Assembly: GCA_004431415.1 (NCBI GenBank)
Contig: QPMI01000138.1
Location: 62,001-126,000, forward strand
Direction: 5' to 3'
DNA: 64,000 nucleotides
From: Cyanophora paradoxa CCMP329
Lineage: Eukaryota > Plantae > Glaucophyta
This document shows, in pieces, positions 1-10,386 of the stretch. Positions within the stretch are counted from its first letter, which is position 1; every line of letters begins with the position of its first letter. The translations under genes and the position numbers were made by a program. The notes beneath the pieces were generated by a model. The model searched no databases, was not told the origin of the DNA, and saw only the letters and a program-made list of their open reading frames with translations.

Positions 1-161
1 CTCTGGAACATCTGGAACGATGACCTCCATCTGCGCAGCGAGCTGCTTGTCTGCGACTTTTTCGTTACATTTACAGTTTGCATTATCTTTAAGACTTAAA
101 AGTCGCGCTAATTTGTCTTAAAAGGATTTATGTCTCTTATTATTGAGAGACAAACCGAACA

Positions 162-503
162 ATGACTTCTGCAATTACTGCGGATTGCGTTGCGGTTAAA
201 CGTGGCCGTGGGCGACCCCTAAGGTTCGTCTTTTAACAATGGAGCCTTATCAGCCGAAGAAGAAGGGCCTAAACCGATGGAGGTCACCCGGAGATTTTAG
301 CAGAGCGACGCAGAAAGAATGCTGAACGCAATCGCAAACTGCGCCACACGAACGAAACATACCGTTTGAAACAGCTTGCCATCACAGCGAAGTATCGAGC
401 TGAGAATCCTGATAGGATCCGGGAGTACCACAGGAATGCTATTGCGCGTAGATGCCTCGCGAAGAGCGGAGCTTCTGTAGAGCTCGAGGTGATGCAGCTT
501 TAG
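162..503 (+). pseudogene. Small basic protein with AT-hook-like motif, broken by apparent frameshifts
   Basis: ATG at 162 gives MTSAITADCVAVKRGRGRP (AT-hook-like). The same frame resumes at 288-503 as PEILAERRRKNAERNRK...YRAENPDRIREYHRN. Joining the parts needs two compensating frameshifts (~221 and ~288). Confidence 0.35.
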
Positions 504-1389
504 CACCTGCTCGTAGCTTTGGCTCCCCTGCAATCTCAAGCTTCTTGAGCTCTCGATACTGCCGGCTTTGACCGCTGTATTTTTTTGTTTCGATCAAACC
601 CTCACGTCTCAATCGTCTCTGCTGTCGCATTTGCACTTCTTCTTTTTCGATTCGTGTTTGAGGTGCAAGCTCACGCGGTTGACGTATTTCCGATGGTTTA
701 ACACGTCTAGAAATTTCCACACCCTGTTTTGTAACGAGTCGAACACGGTTCTTGTCTGCGCCAGCAACTATGTACGTCTCCTTGCTTGGCTTTGTGGTTC
801 CCTTCGCAAAAACGCTTGGCTTCGGCTCCAGGACTTGCACTTCGGTCCCTGTGCGCGGTATGTTCGAATTGTCTCGTTCAATATCGTTCTGTCGCTGTCT
901 AACTTGATGCAGCTGCTCGGCTACCTGTGTATTTTCCCGCATCCACTTTGGTGAGTGCTCCCCGCCGAAAGAGCTGTGGGCTGTTTCATTGTACGCCTTG
1001 ACAATTGCCGGCAAACGTGAGAGGAAATGCGGGGAGCCACGAGCTTCTGTATCAGTCTGAATCAGTGCTCGCAATGTCCTCGCGAACCTGTCGATAATTC
1101 CCAGCTTGGAGCCTTTTGAAATGTGATCATCCTTAGCCACATCAGTGTGCATTTTCAACGAGTTCTCTTCAGCCATTTCCCGAATTGCTGCTGTGTTGAA
1201 GCCGTTGTCTCCTGAAAAGCCCCATATTCCAGGTAGCTGCTCGATCATTTTTGGAAGCTGCTTAAAAGTCTCGAGCTTACGGACCACAGCGAAACGGGTT
1301 GCAATCTCGACCGCTGCGAACAGGCGAAATCTCCCAATGAACAGCACGTCAATTTGCCACGCACCGGGTGGCGCAGTAATCTGGTACAT
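439..1389 (-). CDS. Retroviral-like (rve, c-integrase) DDE/D integrase of Polinton type
   Basis: ITAPPGAWQIDVLF, AVEIATRFAVV, FSGDNG, LGIIDRFARTLR and LPAIVKAYNETAHSS match the rve core. C-terminal region has VFAKG...SKETYIV. Confidence 0.88.
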   Translation of the reverse strand: MYQITAPPGAWQIDVLFIGRFRLFAAVEIATRFAVVRKLETFKQLPKMIEQLPGIWGFSGDNGFNTAAIREMAEENSLKMHTDVAKDDHISKGSKLGIIDRFARTLRALIQTDTEARGSPHFLSRLPAIVKAYNETAHSSFGGEHSPKWMRENTQVAEQLHQVRQRQNDIERDNSNIPRTGTEVQVLEPKPSVFAKGTTKPSKETYIVAGADKNRVRLVTKQGVEISRRVKPSEIRQPRELAPQTRIEKEEVQMRQQRRLRREGLIETKKYSGQSRQYRELKKLEIAGEPKLRAGAKAASPRALQKLRSSRGIYAQ

Positions 1390-1398
1390 CTTTGTAAA

Positions 1399-4300
1399 TC
1401 AGGCGCGATTTTTATAATGTCCAATCGCTCGGGTGTTGATCCCGTCAGTCTCGAGGAAGCGTTTGGTATCAAGGGGATGTAGAGCCTGACGCGAGGTTCG
1501 TTGTAAATAAATCTCATGTAGTTTCGAGCGGAAACCGAGAATTCCTTTGATGTCATACGATTGCTTTTCTCCCTCTTTAGGGCAGACGCACCGGAAGAAT
1601 ACATCCCTTGTGAGTCTGTTGTAGTACGTCTTTTGAATACCCTTGCATACCTGCTTGTCCGTGGAATCTTCACGCGAATAATAGTAAGATTTCGGCCGGT
1701 TAGCGATCCACTCTGTCATTTGCAGACCATGGAGCTCATCCTTGAATAATCCGGAGTTTTCCCCATCGATCGTAGAGCTCGAACCTCATCGGCTGTCATG
1801 CCATCGAAGAATCGATGTGTCTCTGGGTAGTCGCTAACATCCAGCTCATGCTTGATTGAGCGTAAATCAGCATAGATATCTTTGGTGCGAACCTCGATGA
1901 TGAGACTGTCAGTATCCGTACCTAATAGTGTCAGCCGCTGGCCCCAAAGCAGCTTGAGCACCTGGTAGTAAAAGCGGTACATGTGCAGCTTGGAAAGTTC
2001 GAGGATGACGAACCCGCAGTAGATAGGTTTGTTCAGATTGTACTCACTTTTGCGCTTGGAAACGAATACAAGGTTCTCTTCGTACATCACCACCTGCTTC
2101 AACCGATTTGGTTCGCTGTTGATCTTCACCAGACGGTCTCCCGAAGTCACAAGCTCTGAAAAGCAGTGCTTTCTCACGTTCTCCATTGTTTTGCCAAAGA
2201 CACTGTTGTTCATCAACTTGTAAAGGTCCTTCTGGTATGTGAACTGCGATTCTTTACGTTTTTGAGTATTGAGATCTATGAAACGCCCTAGCCATGCGCT
2301 TTGTTCGTACGATAGGATCCGATGGATGTTGGTTACTATCATTCCCAGTGACGTATAGAGCTGAAGCAAGCGTCCATCAACAACATAATTCTTTTTTGGA
2401 AGCAGATTTGGAACGAGCTTTGGAGTTCGTTCAACTGAGGTAAGCTTCTCGTCGTTAATCATATCCTGTTGTCGCTTTGATAGGTGTTCCTTGGACACAC
2501 ACATCCGTTCAGGGGCCAGCGGATAGTCTGAGAACTCGTCATGGAGATGCTCAGGCATGTACATATCGACTTCGAGAGCATAGCCACGAGCTCCATCCGC
2601 GTCAAGGCTTGCAACGTACTGCATTACATCAACGTCTTGATCTAGTTTATCCCAGCGGAAATCTCCTGTGGGTAGCTTGCGCTTCATTGCGACGCCGTAC
2701 AAGTTGTTTGCATCGAGGTACATGAGCCACGATTCCTTGTGTGTTCGGTAGTAGTTAGAAATGCATGTAGACTGTGAGACTGTAGGCTCAACAGCGTGGG
2801 TGTACTTGTTGAACTTTATGCTCAAATATTTGTTCTCAGCTCGTGCGTAGCGTTTTGAGATCATTGAGATTCCGCCCCTGATCCCGGATTCTATAAATCT
2901 GTGCATATCCTGCTGCCCCTCGTGAAAGAGCTCGAGCTTCACTCCAGTGTGCTTAAGTGCTGCCTGCCAAGCAAATCCGGCGATGACATAAAATAGCTAG
3001 GATCTAGGCCATACGTTTCAATACACGTATCACGATAGTTTTCAAACACGTCAGCTAGTAACGCGATATCTGTCATCATATACTCCATTGTATAGCCTGA
3101 TAGCGTTCTGCAGCCGAGCTCTCGCCAAACAGCCTTCGCATGTGCGTACTCATCTTTCGTGCATTTCTTCTGTTTAAGCTGATTTTTGAAATAACGACGT
3201 GCAGGCAGTTTAGACTCCTGAAAGCGAGCCCAGCTCGTCATGTAGTCATAAGGGTAAATCCCTTTGCTAGTCATCAGCTTGAACCGAGTCTCGTCCAGAT
3301 ACAGCGAGCGCGTGATCTTCTTCTTCTCCGCGGGCAGAGCCTTTGCAAGGTCGTCCAAGCTCGCATTCAAGTGCTGAGCCGAGTCCCGTAGAACGTAAAT
3401 TCCATACTTGAACTGCGAAATTCGCTCGCTATTCTGGAAGACCTGATCGAATTTTATCGAAAGGAGACTCTGCGGGCGGAGCCGGCGTTCGAGCCCCTTC
3501 TTCGCCTTCTTTTTCTGCTCTGGGGTCATCTCACGCCCACCGTACTTGCTTTCAAACTCGCTTTCGACATGCGCTTGAAACTCCTTCCAAGCTGCTAAAC
3601 GACGGTTATAGCCAGATGCTAGAGCACGTACGAGCAGGTGGAAGTCAAATCCTCGACCGTTGTGCCAGAATAATGGAACAGCAGCTGATTTCGCGCGGCG
3701 TCGATTGCAAGCTCTGCAGGCAGCCCCGAAATATCGGCCAGATTCGTGGCAGTGATCACGGTGCTTGTCTTTCGCATCCTTGAACGTGTTCTTGCACATG
3801 TAGCACTCGGTCGTCGTTTGAAAACGCTGCTCCTCTTCCTGAGTAATCTGGATTGGTGCAGTCTCTCGCAAAAGCTCTCGGAATTGTGGTTCCATTTCGT
3901 CCAACCATTGCACGAACTTCTCAGTGCAGTCCTCGCTCTCCGAACCCATGTATTTGAAACAAAACTGTTCACCTTTTGAAGATACAACCAGACAGCCGAC
4001 TGAAGCAATCACATGCACACCTTTCTTTTCGGTCTTTCCACTAATGCAGGGAATTGGCATTGTAATCGTCTCTGAATCAGCATATCCGACCAGACGTTGC
4101 CGGATTGAGTACTCAAAGTTAATAAACTTCTGGATATGTGCTCCTTTCTCCGGCAGAACATCTCTTGCGTGTTCATCCCGATCAAGGCAACGGTCATATT
4201 TCAGATGATTTTCAAATGCTTGATCTGAGCTAAAACCGACCTGGCAGGCTAAGCAATAGTGCTTTGCATTTGATTCGTTCTTTCGGAACAGTCGTGAGAC

Positions 4301-5455
4301 GCTCTTAATCCAGAGGTAATGCCCGACATCGTTTCCCTCCCCAGCCGGCACATACAGTATTGGGATTGCGTCTCTCGCAGCACTGATATGGATTGGTATG
4401 ATATCCTGCTTATCTAGAGCAGTTGTATAAACGCAGAGCTTGACGTTATTTGCTTGCTCGAATTTGGTGAACATCCTCGAGTCAAGCGGGGTCGGATATG
4501 TAAGCATTGAGCAGTCCAGCGATGTCTCGTGCTGGCGGTAGTTCCCTGCATGCCGAGAATCAACACCTTCGCCCAATGGATTGCGAGCAGCAAGGACTGC
4601 GTATTTAAAGCACTCGTTGTTCGGTGCATTTATATTGATAAGCGCGTGCTTGTCTGAGAGCCACTTTGGCAGTACAAAGCCTCGGCCACGGCCACCAATC
4701 CTGCGGAAATAGCGCACAGTTTTAAAGACCAGATACACCCACGTGTCAAATACTGAGGAATCCCTGCTTTTCTCTGCCGAGATCATGTCTAATTCTTCGA
4801 GCTGTGAACGCAAGGCCGCCTCAATGCTTGTCCCTGGCTCGATGCGATCGAAACGACGATGTTCAATAACGATAGCGATCGTAGAATCTGTCTCTGGCTT
4901 TCTGTAGACACCCAATCCAGAGATTTGTAGTGCAATGCCCATTCTTACCGCCTCTGCAAGATTTACCTGGGCGCTTACGAATGATATAGCATTCTGTTTG
5001 AACTGCTCAGAATTCTCGAAGCGAGCTTGCATTGATGTTACGCGGCCAGAACCGCGAGGCAATTGGTATTTCCACTCCGCATATCGCCCGTCAAGCGCTG
5101 TTGTAGTATTTCCGTCATTGATTTGAACATCATTTCCACCGTCATCCTCAGGCAGCTCGGCAAAGCCACGGACGATCTCTGCCTGCACCTCTGCGATCGC
5201 CAGCTCTAGTCGACGACCTGACACAGGACGCGCTGGCCTAGGAAGTCTTGCAAGTTCGTTCAAAAGTGAAGCGTACTTTTCCAAAGTTGCAAACCGTGTT
5301 CTCGACCCTTGTGCTGAAATTCTAATCAATTTATTTTTGAAAGCTCCATGTATGACGCGTCGATTATACAATGAAATCGCGAGCGCTTCGATCTGGTCTT
5401 TGATTCTGGCCAACCGGAAGCGCCGAGTCGCTGCATTATTTTGGGTAACGTCCAT
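1399..5455 (-). pseudogene. polB: Protein-primed family B DNA polymerase (pPolB), read as three ORFs (2939-5455, 1716-2942, 1399-1719) joined by two -1 frameshifts
   Basis: Exo motifs YADSET, WHNGRGFDFH, YMMTDIALL; KGIYPY; endonuclease VII-like zinc insert CYMC...RDHCHESGRYFGAACRACN; IRGG; YLDANNLYG; KLMNNSVFGK; GTDTDS; RPKSY. The N-terminal NECFKYAV...GHYLWI resembles the OTU-like protease module of pPolBs. Confidence 0.93.
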
Positions 5456-6769
5456 TGGAAGTATATATCACAATTTTTTTGCTTGTTCCAAACGCAACTT
5501 CACATAGCAATATTGGAAAGGGATCTCTTTAAGACAAAATAAGAGAAACCTCAATTGCGGTGACCCTTTGGTGATTCAAAGACCGGCGCTATCATCCACA
5601 CAGTATTATTGACTAACTAGAACCTAAACTCGCATATGCAATCAGCTTCGATTATATAGTTTTATCGTCTAGCTAGAACCTGGAAACCTCTCCGCTATTT
5701 AGATAGGAAGAACACAGTATTAACGCCTAGCTGCTGATTAAGCTATCTCTGCAGACCGTCGCGTTGGGGCCCGTCTCAAATCACTGCTATATCTTTTGCA
5801 AGATCGATTGGAGTAGACGTTAGATACTACCTAGTGGTTGCTGGATGGAAGGGGAGGTAGACCAGAGGGAGAGAAGGGCGGTAGACGTAGCGGAAGGGTT
5901 GGCGAGAGTGATGGCTGGGAAGACGCTGGATTGGGTGGGTTGGGGTGGGTTCGGAGAGGTGAGGGTGGTGAAGAGGGGTGGGCCACAGAATCAGGTCCTC
6001 TCTCATTTTTTGATGTTGGCTGCGACAAAAGCAAGGGACGATCAGAGACTGCACTGGAATCTCGGCTGACCATATGCATGCGAACGCGCGGCCGGGGGAG
6101 GGAACTTACGATCAGCGCCTGCGGGCGAGACAGGGCGTCATGATCAGCCAAGGGACAACTTCAAAAGGGGCGGGACGTGCGCAGGCCGAATCTGGGGCCG
6201 GCGCGCGCACGCACATCTGGCGGCCGCCGAAACAGCCACGAGAACAGTCAAGACGATTGTCTTGAAAAGAGTAGTGGCTTGTCTCATTGCGATCTGCGCG
6301 ATTCGCGTAAACGCACAGCGCTAGCCTCAGCGGCCAGCCTAGATCGAAGTGTGTACACGCACGCGTGCGCTACTAGTAAATGCTAGCTGAAGGCTTTGAG
6401 CATCACACGAAGCGCACGCGTACGCACTTGGCCTGATCGCGATGCCCGCTCCTGCTCCTCAAGGAATGACCGGAGCTATGCGCACCGAAGCTTTTTATAG
6501 CCGGATTCCCAAGTCCGGTTACTTGGCTGTCGGAGCCTCGGAGGAGTCGCATGCGCATGCGCGCAGGCCTGAGGCCCGCAGCCCCGGGCCCCGGAAGTTG
6601 GGGCCGGGGTCTCGGTCCTCCCGAACCCCGGCGGCCGCCCGGCGCCGCGGCCCCGGCGGCGGGTCTGCCGGGCTACCGGTACCGCCGGGGCCCGCCGGCC
6701 CGGGGCCGGCGGGGGCCGCCGGGCTATACAGGCGGCCCTGAGGCTGGCCCGGGCCCCGGGACTCGGGAG

Positions 6770-7259
6770 TAGGGCTGTCGTCAGTCACTGACAGTCACAG
6801 TCAGAGGGTCTGACTGACCTCACTGGGTCAGCTTTTGGCTGACTGACGTTTTCTCAGTCCCATACAACACCCTGCTGGGAGCGTGCCCCCCGGCCCTGCG
6901 GGCTTTTTCCATCTAAAGCTTGACGTGGGTCGACCAAAAAATGATCTTCGAATTCTGTCGTCGAAATTTTCAAAAACCGCCCATGGTAACGAGGCTAACG
7001 GTGTCTAACATAACACCTGGCGGGGGTCGAATATTAATGTCCTTTTCTCTCCTCTCTGCTCGCATATCCACCCCCTTACTGCCCGTGCCTGATGCTTGGC
7101 AACTTGAATGAAGTAGATAGATCGCTTTTGGGTCATTTCCGGGTCATTTTTCACGGCTTTTACACGGTAGCCTGACTGAACCTCGGGTTGACTGATTCAG
7201 TCACAGTCAGGGGGGCTGACGGACTGGGTCAGCCGGGGGACTGACTGACGACAGCACTA
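6770..7259. mobile_element. hAT-type MITE (490 bp)
   Basis: TIRs TAGGGCTGTCGTCAGTCA / TAGTGCTGTCGTCAGTCA. Perfect 8-bp TSD CTCGGGAG at 6762-6769 and 7260-7267. CTGAC/GTCAG subterminal repeats. Confidence 0.88.
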
Positions 7260-7318
7260 CTCGGGAGTCGGGCCGGGGCCCGGGACTCGGGCCGGGAGTC
7301 GCTGAGTCGGGAGACTGA

Positions 7319-7520
7319 ACCGGCTGTAAAAAAGATTCTCTTTAACTCCCAACTTGACTTCTCTGAGTTCTCTCTTGAGTCCGCACGGGACCGCACCGGC
7401 TGTAAAAAAGATTCTTTTAACTCCCAACTTGAGTTCTTTTTTTGTTCTGATCTTGTCTCTTGAGTCCGCACGGGACCGCACCGCCGGCGGCACCGGCTGT
7501 AAAAAAGATTCTCTTTAACT
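7319..7520 (+). repeat. Imperfect tandem repeat, about 2.3 units of 76-97 bp
   Basis: ACCGGCTGTAAAAAAGATTCT(C)TTTAACT starts at 7319, 7395 and 7492. TCTCTTGAGTCCGCACGGGACCGC occurs twice. Confidence 0.85.
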
Positions 7521-7995
7521 TAGTAAGTTGCAACTTGAGTCGTTACTTGACTTTTTTTTGAGTCCGCACTGACTCCGCAGTGAGTCCCCAGTGACTCCGC
7601 AGTGAGTCCACACTGACTCGCAGTGACGTCGACTCGGGGCACTGACTCCGCTGTGAGTCTGGAATCTGGATCCGAAGCCCGGATCCGGAATCCGGGTCGG
7701 ATTCCCGGGTCCGAGTCCGGACTCCGGATTTCATCGCGCAAGCTCGCGACGCATGCGCAGCTGCGACCGTCGGACCGTCGGACGCTGCGGCGTCCACGGG
7801 TCAGACTGTCCAGACTCCAGAGTCCACTGGGCCAGACTCTAGATCTCTCTCTCTCAGAGTCTGATCCGATGATCATGAGAGCATGCGCATGCCGCAGTGC
7901 GCAGCTGCAACCTGCCATGGCCCAGTGGCCAGGCTGCAGCCGGCGCCTGCAGCCTGCAGGCTGCAGACTGCACTATCACTACCGGTCACCGGGTA

Positions 7996-8516
7996 CTGGA
8001 GAACCAGAAATATTTAGTGGGCTGCATATTTATAGTACTAAAAAGTTTTGAGCGAAGTAACAAAGTTTTATCGCTCACTAAAGAGGCGGGGAGGGGGGGG
8101 GTACCGTTCGAAAAGGCCTTGAGCGCGGGAAAGCATGCCGCCCAAGCATGTAGCTAAGCGCCAGGCGTCGCCGCCGAGCTCCAGCGATGAAAGGCCGGCC
8201 AGCCGAGCAGCCATGGCCACGCCTTGGCCCGAGCCCGACACGACGACGGTCTATCAGAAGGCTGCGCGGGCTGCCCGACCCATCGAAAGCGTCCAGCGTG
8301 AAGGAGGCGGAGGAGATCGTGGCTGTGAATGCTGCCGTGCTCGCAGAGGAAGGGGGCGCGGGGGGCCCGGGGGGCGGGGGGGGCCTCCGCTGACGCCGGC
8401 GCCCCCTAGGGAGCGGTTTAATTTGGCCGGACCTACCAAATATTTCCCGCCCACTAAAATGACCAAAATCGCGAAGTACTAATTATTTTCCTGTACTAAA
8501 TTAACCAGTTCTACAG
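7996..8516. mobile_element. Tc1/mariner-pogo-like non-autonomous element containing a short ORF fragment (8135-8482)
   Basis: Imperfect TIRs CTGGAGAACCAG...ATTTAGT / CTGTAGAACTGG...ATTTAGT, with TA on both flanks (7994-7995, 8517-8518). Confidence 0.6.
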
Positions 8517-8543
8517 TAGTACCGTAGTACGGCGGCGGTACTA

Positions 8544-8779
8544 CCGTGTAATACTTATTTACTAGTTACTGCGCCACAAATAACTGCGTTCCAAAAGTTC
8601 TGCGCCGGTAGGCGCTTTACTTCGCTACCAAATTACGGCGTTCCATCGGCCTCGAAAATCTAAATTTTGTTAGCAAAGGGGGTAATACTGCGCTACCAAA
8701 TTACTGCGTTCTAAGATTTTGAGCGCAGTAATATGGTAGCGCAGTAGATATGTCCGCGCGGTAATTAAGTATTACACGG
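8544..8779. mobile_element. Tc1/mariner (Tc2/pogo-like) MITE
   Basis: Perfect 14-bp TIR CCGTGTAATACTTA at both ends, TA on both flanks, internal (T)ACTGCG and CTACCAAA repeats. Confidence 0.82.
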
Positions 8780-10386
8780 TATGGTACATGTACAGCAGCA
8801 CTGCGCGCGGCAGTGCAGCTGGACAAGCGAGCCGACTCAGCCGAGCCGGCCCGGCGCCGGGCCGGCGGCGCCTCGGCCCTCCGACGCCCTCGCGATCGAG
8901 CTCGCCGAGTCGGAGGCTCGGAGCCAGACAAAAGTCACTTGCGATTGAACTCATTATTTTTGAATTCTTTATCATACTTAGTAGTATAAGTTGTATCTAG
9001 CATATATATCACAGTATCTAGGCTACTACTAGCCTTCTAGTACTAGTAGCTAATGCTAGCTATGTATAGCCTTCTACTAGGAATTTCTATGGCCAGTTAA
9101 TTTGCTACTAATCGCCCTACTAGTAGGCTACTACTAGGCTAGAAACGTTTGAAATACCGGAGACTAGTACTCGGCGGAGATCTAGATCTAGCCTACTTAT
9201 AAAGTTATAATTAGCTATAGTAGAGTCGGCGGCGCCGACTCGCGACTCGCGAGCTCGGCGGAGCTCGAGACTGCTATAGAAGCCTACTACCAGTAGTCGT
9301 CGTAGTAGTCGAGACCGGTACCGGCGGGGTCCGGCGCTCGTGACGCGGCTCGTCGCGGCGTACCGCCGCCGCGCCGCGTACGCCGTACGTCCGACGGTCC
9401 CGGAGTCCGAGACCGTCCGACTCGAGCTCTCGGCGGGTCCGACGCGGTCGACCGTCGGCCGCGGACGTCGGACCGTACTACGGACTCAGTAGTACGGAGT
9501 CTACGGAGCATTCGCATATACGTATAGACTGTATAGTACATCGCGATGATCATCGGAATGATCGGATATCGATCATCGGATATCGATGTCGATGGGGATC
9601 TCCGGATTCTACTAGATACTATGATATCGATATAGAGTCTAGAAGCTATAATCGTTTACTAGTACTCGGTGAGCTTGTACAATGCATATTATGTGGATTT
9701 TCTAGATACGGATTCAATGATTCCGCCTGGCCCAGCCCCGCGATTTACTGAATTGGAAGTTAAACGTTAACGATCATGCAACGGTTACTACGTATACTTA
9801 CTAGAGTTTACACTGACTTCGAAAATTAAAAAATGTTCGAAATGTGAGCTTTCGAATTCAATGCTGAAATGTTTGAAATCCGGATCCCGGAATCCGCCGT
9901 TTTCGCGCGCATCGATATTTATCGCGCCGGCGCCGTCGTCGATCAGTTTGCCAACTTGGCAAGTTGCATTCGAGGACCGAGGCTTTAATTTAGTTTCCGA
10001 GCGATCGCAACTCGCGATCTAGTCCGAGTTCTCCCCTTACTTATCATACACAAGCAGGGGGGCAAGCCCCCCCGCACCCCCCCATTAACTGATGATCGAT
10101 ATCATGACCGTCGGACATAGCTATAGCGATCGCACGCGAATTCGAAAGAAACTTACACGCAGAAATGAATTTTTTCGCGATCTGGAATTCGAAGCATGTA
10201 TACGTAGATCTAGATCTGCAGCTGAACTTCAATCCAATCGAGAAACGCGCATGCGCAGCGTTGACGTCAGCGCCATACGCGTCGCGTCGGCCGCGCCGAC
10301 CTCGATCTAGACTCTCAGATCTTGAGCTTCGGAAGCGGAGCTATAAGATCTAGCGATAGATCGGAACTGTTACAATTAGCTATTAT

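Larger units (their letters stand above)
1..5800 (-). mobile_element. Polinton/Maverick-like endogenous element, partial (continues beyond left edge; right terminus not located)
   Basis: Intronless, gene-dense, lower-GC block carrying pPolB immediately followed by an rve integrase, the diagnostic Polinton pair. No capsid, packaging ATPase or TIR is identifiable inside the window. Confidence 0.85.

Noticed and set aside
1748-2980. Dcm (CCWGG) nanopore error or canonical slippery-heptamer frameshift
   Set aside because: Many CCWGG sites in the same element are intact, and no in-frame X XXY YYZ heptamer is present.
5815-5835. Possible Polinton terminus (…GATACTACCT)
   Set aside because: The partner TIR and TSD are outside the window; cannot be supported.
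5827-6788. Several short ORFs right of pPolB
   Set aside because: Low-complexity Pro/Ser or Gly/Arg translations with no motifs.
7319-7520. CRISPR-like array of 29-bp repeats
   Set aside because: Intervening sequences are homologous to each other, there are no cas genes, and the context is eukaryotic; this is a plain tandem repeat.
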